From positions 25,685,365-25,749,364 of the forward strand of contig NC_092678.1 of the NCBI RefSeq assembly GCF_964355755.1: a stretch of 64,000 bases of DNA, read 5' to 3'. Positions 47,501 through 60,652 of this stretch are shown piece by piece. A program made the position numbers and the translations under genes. Every line of letters starts with the position of its first letter. Position 1 is the stretch's first letter. This stretch comes from Antedon mediterranea (taxonomy: Eukaryota > Animalia > Echinodermata). Below the pieces are notes generated by a model. It was not told the origin of the DNA. It saw only the letters and a program-made list of their open reading frames with translations, and did no database searches.

Positions 47501-49022
47501 GTGTGTCAAAATTCATACAATTATTTATTATTCATAACTGTATATAATACTTGATTGGTTATAGGGTCAACTTTAATATTAATTTCTCAATTCAAATTAT
47601 TTTAGAATTTAAATTATATCACTTCTAGATAAAAATGTTTTAAGCCCCATTAAAATAATTAAGTTCCTTTAGAACGCATAATAAACACATGTAAGTGTTA
47701 AATGGCCATAAAACACATTTTAATTAATATCACAAATTAGAAAATTTAATTCTTATATTAAGTAATTAATTTGTAATTAACAAACAATTATATTTAATTA
47801 GGATGAGCAAATTACGACATCATCTTGTACCGGTGTACAGCTTTGAAGCCGAGGGAGAGGATTGGGAAACGGAGCTTTTAACTGAACACAAGGACAGTCA
47901 GCAGACAGACGGTACCACACCGCGGGTAAGAGCACATTGATCATTTTAATCATTTATTTTTCTTTACGATAGTGAACAATTTCATGTTCTTTCTACAGTA
48001 TCTCTCCAGTACTTTTAAATTTGCTTCTTCCTATCTCCTTTATTTCCAAAGCATGTTATTAATCCTATCTAGTTAATTTAGCATTCAGATTCTGTTCAAG
48101 ATATATACTGTTTAGTATAGAATATGCTTTACAGAATATTACACCATACAAACTGTATACCTGTATAATACAGCAGTACAGCTTTAAATATTGACATACA
48201 ATATAACATCATTTTGATGTTATCCTCTGTAATCACTGTGAATTCTAGGTGGTCTTATCTTAATGTTTAACTGCTTTAATTTATGCAATTGACATACAAA
48301 ATAACATTTTATTTAAATTGTATTATTCAATAGCAACTTACTGTAGCTAAATATGGTTATTACACAACTGAAGACATCTGCATAGAGACTAATACGTAAT
48401 GGAGCCTATTACATTTCATAAATTCAAATTAAAGAAATTATTGTAAAAACATCCATATTTTATGAAGCAGAACATTCCAATTTGTTTCATATTTAAGTTC
48501 TTAGATTTTGGGAATAATTGCTATTGATTTTGTAATCCACATTGAGATTGAACAAAGATTCAGGAAAATACCTGGAAATTATTTTAACATTGTCATTAAA
48601 AGTCATAATTATGGTTAATGTGATAACAAGGAAATTAAAGTTGAGATCATAGGTCATCTAAAAATAAAGACTTTGTAAAATATATATTGAATGAATACTT
48701 ATAGTAAGTATCATATCGTATCATTTATTTCGTCAAATTTTAAAAACAGTACAAAGTAAGACATAAAACAGTACAAAAGTAAATCAATGAGGCAGGATTA
48801 CCTAAAAGTTATAAATAAAAATAACCATTTCAAGTCAATTTGTCATTTCTCTAATTTCCAAATATGCACAGCACAATTATTTGCTATTTACAAATGAACT
48901 ATTTCTATCTATTACTACTATCATTTGTTATTTAATAATTGAATATTATATATTTTAAGGCTACTATTGTTCGAGAAGCTCCGCAGTTGCGCCATCCTTC
49001 GACCTCGTCTTGCGCCGTGTGA
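44537..49022 (+). CDS. Type I membrane protein of the C3orf18/SMIM29 family (signal peptide, S/T-rich ectodomain, TM helix, conserved cytoplasmic motif), about 203 aa
   Basis: Exon 44537-44961 (AA|GTAAGT) splices to 47802-47925, giving ...YLKKKIKMSKLRHHLVPVYSFEAEGEDWETELL..., which resembles the recalled human C3orf18 [28 protein letters not shown] and SMIM29 LRHHLLPMYSYDP. The last exon 48960-49022 (ATIVREAPQLRHPSTSSCAV*) is tentative. Confidence 0.75.
45016..45371. repeat. Small element with short TIR-like ends and 4 internal degenerate repeats
   Basis: TACCCCTTTCACA...TTGAAAGGGTA ends. AGTTTAAACATACCAGGGCAC occurs 4 times inside. Confidence 0.55.
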
Positions 49023-49552
49023 AATACAAACAAGGATGCACCTGAACAATCGCAAAACTCTATCATTACTTAAGCAGCCGTATTGTTTATTTAGCCTATA
49101 ATGTCTGGGAAAATAAAGCATTATGAGTGAAAATTATGAGATCATTGAAGTATCTTCGCAAAGATACTGTGCTGCAGTCTGTTTGTGTGTTTGATCAGAA
49201 AATGTGCAATGAACAGTAAAAACTAGATGATCGGATTTTGTTCAATTGTGATATTCGTCAAAATATTCTTCCAATTGTCTGGCTGAATGTGCCTTCTGCT
49301 ATGGCATATATACTCTGTGCAAAATATCGTACAACAATATCGTGTTTGAGAACAGCTTGTAACGCTTGCTGCCATGCTGGCGGTTGTGAACTGATCGTTG
49401 TTAGATGTTCCATCATGCCGTTGCCATGGTGAGCGTGCGTTTTAATTACCTGTATCATAACCATGTGAGTCAGTATCCCAGAATGCTTTGTAATAATGTC
49501 TGTGATGTTTACTATTTGAACAGTCTTGTTTGAACAAATCAATGAGCAAGTG

Positions 49553-49897
49553 CTATACTTAAAAATCCTGTTGCTATATTAATAGCAGTAGGTGAAATAC
49601 TCTGCAAGAACATGTGTGTTAAGTATTGTACTTACAAATCCTGTTGCTAAGCCTATATTATTAAAGCAGTAGGTGAAATTACTGTACAAGAAGTACTGTA
49701 CTTAAAATCCTGTTGCTATATAAGCAGTAGATGAAATACTCTGCAAGAACATGTAATCTAGTAACTGTATTTAGAAATCCCTGTTGCTATATTAATAGCA
49801 GTAGGTGAAATTACTTAGCAAGAACATGTGTGCTAAGTACTGTACTTACAATCATGTTGCTATATTATTAAGCAGTAGGTGAAATTACTACAAGAAT
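49553..49897. repeat. Degenerate ~65-75 bp tandem repeat, about 5 copies
   Basis: Repeated TACTTAAAATCCTGTTGCTATAT...AGCAGTAGGTGAAAT..CAAGAA. Confidence 0.75.
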
Positions 49898-50385
49898 AAG
49901 TGTTATTTACTATATTATTTAAGTATGTTGTGAAACAAGTATGCACACTCTTTCAACGCCTGAGCATGATTATTCATGAAAGGGACGCTATAGAAATGTG
50001 GTATTATTATTACCAGTATGTTGGTATTATAAATATATGTTATTTTGCATTCCATGATAATATTATTATTTATTTATATTATAATCCTCACTAATTGTTA
50101 TATGTGTGTATAGTTGTGATGTAATTTAATAATAATATTTTATATTTTTATAACTTTAGTTTACTGCTATATGTAATTGAGATGTTGAAATAGAAACTGA
50201 AGAAGAAAAAAGTAATTACATAAACCTTCCCGCCCACTAATTTGGAAATATTAGAAAATCCTCCGACTGAACATAAATAATGTTTTTGAATTTTGCGGAG
50301 GTTAACGCAAATTATTTTTTTAAAAAATCCTGTTTTAAGAAATATTTTCAGCATAAGTTCAGCATTTATAGAAGTTAATCATCAT

Positions 50386-51308
50386 CATAACGTGTACATG
50401 TGTACATGCAGCTGATTAACATAATAACGTGAACATGTGTACATGTAGCTGATTAACATAATAATGTGTACATGTGTATATGTAGCTGATTAACATAATA
50501 ACGTGTACATGTGTACATGCAGCTGATTAACATAATAACGTGTACATGTGTGTACATGTAGCTGATTAACATAATAACCTGTACATGTGTACATGTAGCT
50601 GATTAACATAATAACGTGTACATGTGTACATGTAGCTGATTAACATAATAACGTGTACATGTGTATATGTAGCTGATTAACATAATAACGTGTACATGTG
50701 TACATGCAGCTGATTAACATAATAACGTGTACATGTGTACATGTAGCTGATTAACATAATAACGTGTACATGTGTACATGTAGCTGATTAACATAATAAC
50801 GTATACATGTGTACATGCAGCTGATTAACATAACGTGTACATGTGTACATGTAGCTGATTAACATAATAACGTGTACATGTGTACATGTAGCTGATTAAC
50901 ATAATAACGTGTACATGTGTACATGCAGCTGATTAACATAATAACGTGTACATGTGTACATGTAGCTGATTAACATAATAACGTGTACATGTGTACATGT
51001 AGCTGATTAACATAATAACGTGTACATGCAGCTGATTAACATAATAACGTGTACATGTGTACATGTAGCTGATTAACATAATAACGTGTACATGTGTATA
51101 TGTAGCTGATTAACATAATAACGTGTACATGTGTACATGCAGCTGATTAACATAATAACGTGTACATGTGTATATGTAGCTGATTAACATAATAACGTGT
51201 ACATGTGTACATGCAGCTGATTAACATAATAACGTGTACATGTGTATATGTAGCTGATTAACATAATAACGTGTACATGTGTACATGTAGCTGATTAACA
51301 TAATAACA
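50386..51308. repeat. 37-bp minisatellite, about 25 copies
   Basis: Unit CATAATAACGTGTACATGTGTACATGTAGCTGATTAA. Confidence 0.95.
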
Positions 51309-52639
51309 CATTATAAGTGTTGTATGTTGTATCTAAGCGGGTGTGAGATTGTTTTATGTTTCATGGGCGAGAGAAGCTGGTCAACATTCAAGACCCAAAA
51401 TAGTGTTCACCAAAAGATATTTGATAACCTAATGTTGTATTAGTAAGTGCTTTTAGTTTGATATTTTAACCAAATTTTATTTAATTACTTGTAATTATGT
51501 ATTTTATTTTACCTTGATAATTTGAATGCCCTGACATATAGGATCTATCACTATCTTACTCATTATGTGTTGAATTGTAAAGTGTTATTGTCAGTGTTGT
51601 TTGCCCGGTGATAATACACCGTTCAGTACAGTCTGTATCCTGGTGTACAATCTGCTAAATCATTTTTCGGATGAGATGTTTAGTTGGTTCCTCAAGACAA
51701 TAAATGTTCCCCCAGGGTTCACCCTCCCCAGGGTTCACCCTCCTCATGGTTCGCCCTCCCCATGGTTCACCCTTCCCATGGTTCACCCTTCCCTGATCAC
51801 TACCAACGTATGTAGCATGTGTGTTCCCAATTGCCAGCATCTTTCACCATACTTATTGTGTGTAACCTCACTAGTGCAGTATATATTATAGGCCTACAGT
51901 AAATATGAACAGTATATTTGTTATTATTGTGCATAGATGGTATAGAAATATTATTTTTTAGTGCAATCATCAAAATGTATGCATGTGTATGAAATGAAAA
52001 CATAAACATTTAATTTGTTTTTATAACATTTATTTATTCCGAGAAAAATATTTTATGTTATGGAATATTGATATGATTAGCAAAATAAAATTCTGAAAAC
52101 TAGATATTAATATTCATATTTATACAGTACGAAATATAATGCTACGGATAAAGAAAAGGCAACAGCGAAAATATGGACATATTATAATTTATGAGCTAAT
52201 AATAAAACCACTAGAGTGAATCAACCCAGTTTTTACTCCAAAATACTATAGCGCCCTCTATTATTATTATTTCAATGTCTGAAAACTTTTCTCCGGCCGT
52301 CCGATCAACACATTTTTTAAGTCGTTTACGCATGTCCGGTCTAAAAAAGAAATACCCCTTGATTAATTAAACGTGATGGTTACTGACAAAGTCGTTGCTT
52401 AGTAACTGCACGCGAAAATTGTGCGTCAGGCGAGGTAAAAAGTTGCGCCAACTTAAGTAACGCACGCAATTTAAGCACGCGATTTTCTACTTATTTATTA
52501 TGTTGTTTATTTTATTGTTTATTTTAACATGATTTATTTTATAGTATGTGAATTATAAATATCGCAATTATTATTATCGGATCCGAAGTCGGAACGGGAG
52601 GTTAAAAGTAGGGTTGGTGTTAGACGTTCTCAGCCGCAA

Positions 52640-52804
52640 TTTAATCGCCAATCACCTTACATCAATATAACCTTTAACCTCTATATGCACTTAAGCAGTT
52701 CTGCCTGCTGTGGGATAACCCACAGTTGATGTTTGTGTAAACCCGATGCATTCCGTGTAGACTGCTTGACAGCCGCGTAGGTAGACAATCCCGCAGCAAT
52801 TCAG
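52640..52804 (+). promoter_or_regulatory. Candidate filamin promoter and non-coding first exon
   Basis: Locally CpG-rich, with GCCAATC (about 52647), CTATAT (52681) and donor CAG|GTAACT (52804/52805). A matching acceptor TTTTCTTCACAG| lies at about 55707, upstream of the filamin ATG. Confidence 0.35.
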
Positions 52805-55800
52805 GTAACTTATTTTTTTAATTTTTTATTTACCGTAATTTGTATGTGTATAGATAGGTAACTATGTAACTCTGTTAAGTTTGTTATGTGTGAACAGGTC
52901 TCAACAACATTTAGACAGATACATATCATATTTTGAGTGTTTATGCGTATTAACGTACGGTATACTTTACGCGCACGCACCGGTACTCGCGAAAACAGTT
53001 TGAAGGCGTACGACTTTAAAGCGTTAACATTACGGTATTTTTAACTTAAAGCTATATGCTCCTAATGTTTCTTTCATTTCCTAATGCGAATGTTTACATT
53101 CTCAAATCCCGACAACTTGCATTTTAAACATTGGGAAACGCAAAGATCGAAATGGTACCTTTATCATAATTAACCCGATGTTGATTATGTAATCTATTGT
53201 TTTGATAAAAACAATAAATATTTTCTTTTTAATTCCAAAGCTCTTGTTATTTATGTGAATCGTTTTTGGACTCGACGACGATTAAGACAACACTTGAAAA
53301 CCGCGACACACCTCATCACTAGACTATAGCTCAATTACTTCCGGTCATATTTCCTTAATTAAACACGTACAAATATCGTCTCGTTATCAATATAATAATT
53401 TACATGAACTTTATTAACAAAATAATAATTTTTCGAATAATAATAAATTGTTTGACGGGAGACGGTTAATAATTTGTCAATAAGCTCATTAGGCCCACTG
53501 ATTCGATGGTAACAATGGTTTTTGGGAAATAGTTTGGTTCGATCAATTTGTGGATGTACAAAGTTAAAACCAACAAAGAGCATCCGACCAGACAGTATGT
53601 TGTAACGTGATCGAAATCATCTTCACGTTCATAACCCAATGTTGACAATTTTCAAGGTAATGTGACTATATTCATTATTTTGTTGTTGGCGGGAGGTAAT
53701 GTTTGCTAAAATATCGTATTGGGTAACACTACAACGTCTCTCACTGTCTACGGTTAAATTCCAATCAAATCCAATTTTTCATTTTAATGAAGATAAAAAA
53801 AAAGAGTGAAACAACATTTTTGTGGAATTATTATGTCTACAATTTGAAAACGAGTTATGTCGCATTCTTCCGAACTTACGTCGTCCTCCTCAAATAAAAT
53901 CGTTGATATGGACAATTGAAAGTTATCGATCTTTATTTTTATTTAAGCGGACAGAATTATGTTTCCCTCTACACGAAATATTTCTTTAACTTAATTTATT
54001 AGTTCATATCTGTCATACACCTTGATATTGGAGAGACACAACGATATTATATTGACATTTTGCGTCTGAGATGATCAGTTGTAATCAAAATCGGTCTGCC
54101 GCCCTCTATAATTAAGAACAGCTCCAAATAATCACACATGGAAAATTAAGCAATTTCTCACTGATGAGCATTCATTATCTGCCGGTGATCGTCTGCCTAA
54201 AATGGCTGCTTGGTAACAAAGGTGAGTTAGTCTGAAATTGCATTCAAAAGTATTATATTTTATAAGTTATTTAATCTAATGGTCTTAAAAATATTGTACA
54301 GTGGCTAGAAATAGTGTAGGCCTATGCAATACCGACATACCTGAAAGATTAGGGCGGACTTTATAATTTCATTTACTATAAAGTTAAAAATGTTTGACAT
54401 GATAAACATTATGATTTAAATTGTCAAATTAAAATGAATTGATGTTGACTTGATTTTATAAATCTGACGCTATCAATATCATTGCAAAACGTTTGATGTG
54501 CATTTTGTGTTGTGCATGTTGAACTAGGCTCAGTGTCTTCGTCATTATCGCAGTGTGTTAGATTTCTGCCCATAAACGGACATGAATCGGTAAACACCAA
54601 CTTTTTTAATTAGTTACGTTAATTAACGAAAAGTAATATTTTAAAATCAAGATGTATTTTAATATCTAAGTAGTAGGCATACTCAGATTAAGTACGTACG
54701 GTACAAAATACTGTTCTCATGCTACAGTGAGGTAACGCGAAAAACCCTTTTTAACGCGGGCGCGTTTTCTGACGCGCAATGTACTTGCACCGGATTTCCG
54801 GGCGCATATATGCACGCGTACGCACATAAATAAAACTTCTCTTCATATGCCATGTGCGTTTGCTGTTTTATCGTGCGTGTTTTATCACAGTAATTATATT
54901 AATGCTTTATGTTTTTTCCTTAAAATTTGAAGGGAAAAATTATATTCGCGCAAAATAGAAGAATATTTAATGTTAATATAATGAAATCTTTATATATATT
55001 TTTGGCGATTTTGTGGCCTGTATGACATACCTGTGTTATTAATACATTGCAATGTGTACAACAACATACTATTGCGTTATGTCAGTGGAATGTCACCTAT
55101 GTTCATCGATTTAATCATTATATTACAAAAACCATCCCCTTATTAAAAGCTATATTGTTTTTAAGTTTCGTAATATAAGAAATTCTGAAACTATATAAGA
55201 ACTATATGAAAGTTTTAAGAGTGATAAGCACTGTGGTGGAGGATGACTTACAAGATGAGAATGAACGACGATGTATGACCATATTTGGAACTCGTCACTG
55301 GCAATGTCCCAGCTCGCGCATCTGTACGAAAGCCGAGCGATCAAACAAATTAAAAACTAATGGGACAACCCTTGTGTTGGGTCGACCAATCATCAAACTG
55401 ATTCATAACAGACAAGATGTATGGTTTAATATTACGACGTAGTCTGCTGCTGTCATTATACATTTAATTAAAAAGGTGAAGATAGTCAAATGATGACATC
55501 ATTATGCTATTAATAAAATATCTCGTAGTTGGATTCTTTAAAGGCCATACGACTCCAATCCAACATCTGGCACATTCGATGATTCGGTAACTCATTCGAC
55601 AGATCGCACGTTTGACTTCCAAAAACTTTTGTTTTTCGTGAGTGAAGTGACATAAAATGTTTTTCCCTACCTAGATAACTTTTACCCTTTTAAAATTTTC
55701 TTCACAGTTGGTGAAAGCATCGCAAAGTGTAAAGTTACGCGATTCCAATTTACATCCACAGTTTCGACATTACCGGAAGTTTAGTAGATATTTTCTTTCC

Positions 55801-55998
55801 AGTCTCGCCAGCATCCCAGGTAGAACGCCGGTTTAAGACCAATTCCCGACCGTGAGTAATAGTAAAAAGTCTAGAAATAAGTATATAAAGATAAGTAAAT
55901 AAACTGCCTCCCACTACTTGCGGTTCGCATTTATTTACATCGTATTTAAATACACTACTTCCGTTCAACCGAGTGAGGGCCGCAATATAAAAGCCAGA

Positions 55999-56377
55999 AT
56001 GAGTTCTAACGGTGAACCATACGAGTATTGTGATTACCAAGACGAGATAGTCGAACAGAAACGTGAATTGGAAGAGGACGAAGAAATGCCTCTTGCGGAG
56101 AAAGATCTGGCTGATGATGCCCCTTGGAAGAAAATCCAACAGAATACGTTTACAAGATGGTGTAATGAGCATTTAAAAGTCGCAAATAAGCATATAGGAT
56201 CGTTAGACACCGATTTATGCGATGGCCTACGGTTGATTTCGCTGGTTGAGGTACTGTCGCAGAAGCGAGTTGGCCGCTTCAACAAACGCCCCACATTTCG
56301 CACCATGAAGCTAGAGAATGTCACGGTTGTCATGTCATTTTTGGAATTGAAGGAAAACATCAAAATTGTAAATATCG
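55999..56377 (+). CDS. FLNA: Filamin (canonical), first coding exon (CH1 of the actin-binding domain); the next coding exon was not found in the window
   Basis: [31 protein letters not shown]...[18 protein letters not shown]...[29 protein letters not shown]|GTAAGT is near-identical to the filamin signature. The symbol means filamin family; an invertebrate filamin is co-orthologous to FLNA/B/C. Confidence 0.92.
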
Positions 56378-59300
56378 GTAAGTGAAAACTATTTTATGTT
56401 ATTGTTGATTTCTATAAATGTGTTGCTTCGTGAAAAAATGACCATAAATGTACGTTAGTCACACACACTTGTTGATTTACGGTAATCCGTTCCGGTAGCT
56501 AGGCGGCCTTTTAAACTTTCACCGGACTGGGCCTAAGTAGTCACTTGATCTCCAGGTCAGTCTCTTCACATAAATCGACTACTTTGTTTACATTTAATAA
56601 TTAAGAAGTACATTACCAGCAGACTAAATGTCACGCCTAGCTAGGGCCTTTATGAGCCTCACCTTTGGCTTTGATGTTTTGGAGGAACTTCAGTTAGGAG
56701 CATATAGCTAGCTAGGTACTGTAGTCTACATACCATCATCTGCTGTCACTGCCAAAAACCTAGCATGTTGTATTAGGAGTAAAGTGGGAGGGATCCAAAA
56801 CTCAAGGGTGAGGTCCTCCAGCTCTTGAACAACTTCTTCTTTCTGCGGTGGGGATAATGCTATTATACTATTAATGACATATTATTATTTACTCCTTCTA
56901 TGACCAACTTAATTAGTTACTTAAAATTAATTAATAAACGTATAAGAATTAGTTTAATAAATAAATGAAAGCATGTTTCTCATTAACATTTTTTTTAGCA
57001 TGATGTTGAGAAAATCTATATTGTTGCTATATAAAGACTACCCATCATTTGCAAATTTACGACTAAAACCAAGCTACTTAAGCATACCACCACTCCTTAG
57101 ACATAATCTTTTGTCACTTGCTTAGAATTATTTTTTTTTTTACAATAAAAGTATTCAGACCCCCCACAAGGAAATTTTACAGTATGTTGAAACACATTGT
57201 TGCTCGCATTTAAAGTCATGCCACCCCGCGCTTCTTATTATAATATTAGACGGATTTTAATTTTGAAGAAACTCTATTTTTTTCAGTCCAAGTTAAGGTT
57301 ATAATATGGTATTGGTAGCAGACACACATTCCATTGAAAATTATGTTAAGTTGATTATTGAATTGAACACTGTACATGGTTGAATAATAACCCTGCTGTT
57401 AAGTAGAATTCTAGCAAATTATTGAAGGCTATCAATCTAGGATTGTTGTTCACATAACCAGCTTGGTGTCTCACAGCCTAAGCAGGCGTGTCTACTCACA
57501 CAATGTATGTAATACAGTTGTAGAATCCCTATTAAAGGGGGACACATTCCAGATGTTGCATTCATTGTACACATGAGATTCAATATTAAAGATACTTAAT
57601 TGACCTTTGACATTGGAACATTTTGATGTTTGTATTCTGTGGTACTACCAGATGGTTAACGCCATAAGCCTTGTAACCATGGCAATAACCACAATAAAAC
57701 ACTTGTTTCTGTTGAGTATTAAATGTTGATAGGATAGGCCTTCCAGCGTTTTATCATCATAATACTTTAATGTTGATGATTAATGCCTAGTAGTTTTTCT
57801 AATTATGTGCCGTGCCATTCTGTAATTTACCTTAAAAATTAGGAAATTCATGTTTTTTCTGGTCAGTGGGTACAACATACGCTTCAAATCATTCTTAAGC
57901 TCTGTCTACACTATCAAACTAGTTTGATAAAAAATGTGTGATGTGCCCAAATATGGTAATGATATGCTTAAATATGGTAGTGATATGACATCATCATCAT
58001 CATTACTCATCATAGGGTAGTGTGGACAGAGCTTAAAAGATTCTACAGTGACGATTGATTCTACAATATATTGCATACACTCTAATTCTATACATTTTTT
58101 ATTACACTATTTTAATATCAGCAGCCTTGTTAGTATTATTATTCCTATTGTATGTTAATAGTTTTTTGGGATCAATATTTTAAAATAGCACTTGAAGACG
58201 CCGGGCGGCCTTGTATTTTGTAAAACATAGGAATATGGTATTTTAGATAAAATCAATAGATTTTTAAAGATGTTGTAGGTGATAAATAAAAGCATATACG
58301 GTCGGTATACTATAATATAACATAAGACCAACGTATAGTAGTAGATGGCGCATACAACTATGACATTTTTTCAACCGGTAGTACTTTTAGTATAGTACAC
58401 TGGCTATGATTATAACACTGCCAACATATTGTATTATTCTGCATGGCTTGTATCAGGGTTTCCCCCAAGCAATTCAAGGCCCTTGCTTTATAATGATCAT
58501 TGCAAGTCACTCAAGTGGATAATTGGTAAATGGGCGTACAGTCTAGTAGATCAAGTGCATTGCTATAGACAACAAGCTGTTGTTTTATCTCACAGATACA
58601 AGCTCTTGGAGTAATTGAATAACATAATTATTTTGCTTAGATTTTGTTGTTGATCATCAATCCTCGCAAAGAATTATACGGCCTCTCATTTTTACTCTTT
58701 AAATAACAATTTTGACCATCAACCAACAAATCAAATTTCAGTTTACTGTAGCATACTGGATGTCTTCAGTGCTTTCGTCAAAACATTTTTGCTGAACACT
58801 TTGCTGTGACAAAACAATATATATCAAAACATATTTCCATAGATCTGAACATGGCCTAAGTATTAGAAAATTCAGATTAGGTGACGTGATAATTTAACCT
58901 GGTTGATCTCACTTTTTCCTCATACCAATCTTTATTATTAGCTTCTCACTTGTAAATGAGTCATGCTGTCCAGTGCCTAGAGAAACCCACAGGTATTCAA
59001 GCCATGAATTATCACCTCATATATGGTGTATTACCTCACAGATTGAGTGGGTGTATAAGAATGCAACAACCAATGAATGGAAATTAAACCAATATCCACC
59101 TGTTGTCTGTATACAGTAGGTATAACTGAATGAAAGAAACTTCATCAAGTATGTGTGCAGTAGCCTACAGCGTATTGTATGTACTACTGTAGGCCTACGG
59201 CATATTGTACTACTGTATGCTTGCAGTACTACTAGACAGTGATTTGGCTTAATAATATATGCACACATGGCGTGTCATAGCTACCGTACTGTAATCGGAA

Positions 59301-59600
59301 AAAATGTAAATGTCCACTAGAAACTATGCTTTTACTACATACTTGTGGCAAGTCCACTATTGTACAACATAAGCGTATTCAGTGGATTTTCCAGAAGAAT
59401 TATGCCACAAAATACAGATTTTCGCCATGAAAAGTCTTCCATACTTTGTTCCCGTACAAAAATAATACCAAACTTAAGTAGGTACTGTAAGTAATCCTAG
59501 TAGAAAGTTTAGAAAGCTAATCATGGATTAGTAAAAAGAAACTTTAAGCCTATAGGATTAAAGACCAATTGAAAGAAACATCTCTTAAAGCATCTCTTAA

Positions 59601-60652
59601 CACTTTGACTGCCAAACACGAAGATCTTCGTTTTTGGAAACACAACGCTTGACTGCCAAAAACGAAGATCTTCGTTTTTCGCGTTTTTTTACGAAATCCG
59701 GTAGATAGGTTAATTATTGGTATATACTAAAAATATGAACACTATATTCGGTCTGGACCGTCAATATTTTACAATTTGAAAGTAACTAATCTGGTTACGA
59801 ACGACTGTCAAAATGGTACCTGTCGAAATAACAAACACCGCGCATCACAGTAGCGCGTAGAGCGATGGCTTGGCGCATTGTGTATCGGTCGCGCGCTAGC
59901 TATGCCGCCGAAGCATTACAAAGGTTTTTGTGGATTGACATGTTTGTTTGTTATCTGAATAAAAAATAATGGAGTCATTTTCAATATGAAGTCTTTAATT
60001 TTATTATTGTATGTATACCCTAATTGTTTTGGTGTTTTACTGAAAGTGACCGAGTTTCACGCAACAAACTTGTTTTGAAATGGTATGGTTATTATCATCA
60101 GTTTATTATCTCTTAGGCCTAGGCTAGTAGTACTAGGCTATAGCCTAGCCCTAGTCGTAAAACGGTTCCGGACCAACTTTAGGCCTGGTTTACTAGGCCT
60201 GGTGTCTTTACTATGTGGATTTTGGCGAAACATTGATGTAAGATTTATGATTTATAAAATGTAATACATTTTTCGATAGTGATAACTTGTTTTTATAGGC
60301 CTATCGGTGCCGTGTAAGTAACTTTTTCATTGTTTGTTGATCTCACCGGGCGATATTTTCATATTGTGATGTCTTGCACAAAATCGCGATTATCTCGACT
60401 TTCTTGCGCGAAACTACGAAAAATTCAAAAAGTGGGTTACTTTCATTTTACTATTACGATTTACATATTGCGATTTAAAAATCGTTCTTGGTACCATTGT
60501 AAAGCTAAAATCTTTATGATTATTTTAGTCTAAATTACATATAAATCAGATCACATACATGGTTTCAATCAGCTTTAATAAAAACATCGAATTGGGCTAA
60601 AAACGCTGGCGGTGGCAGTTTCTAACTGGAAAAACCTCTGGCAGTCAAAGTG
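59601..60652. mobile_element. Non-autonomous piggyBac-type element in the filamin intron
   Basis: TTAA|CACTTTGACTGCCA ... TGGCAGTCAAAGTG|TTAA (14-bp perfect TIR, TTAA TSD). Subterminal repeat of TTGACTGCCAAA.ACGAAGATCTTCGTTTTT. Confidence 0.85.
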
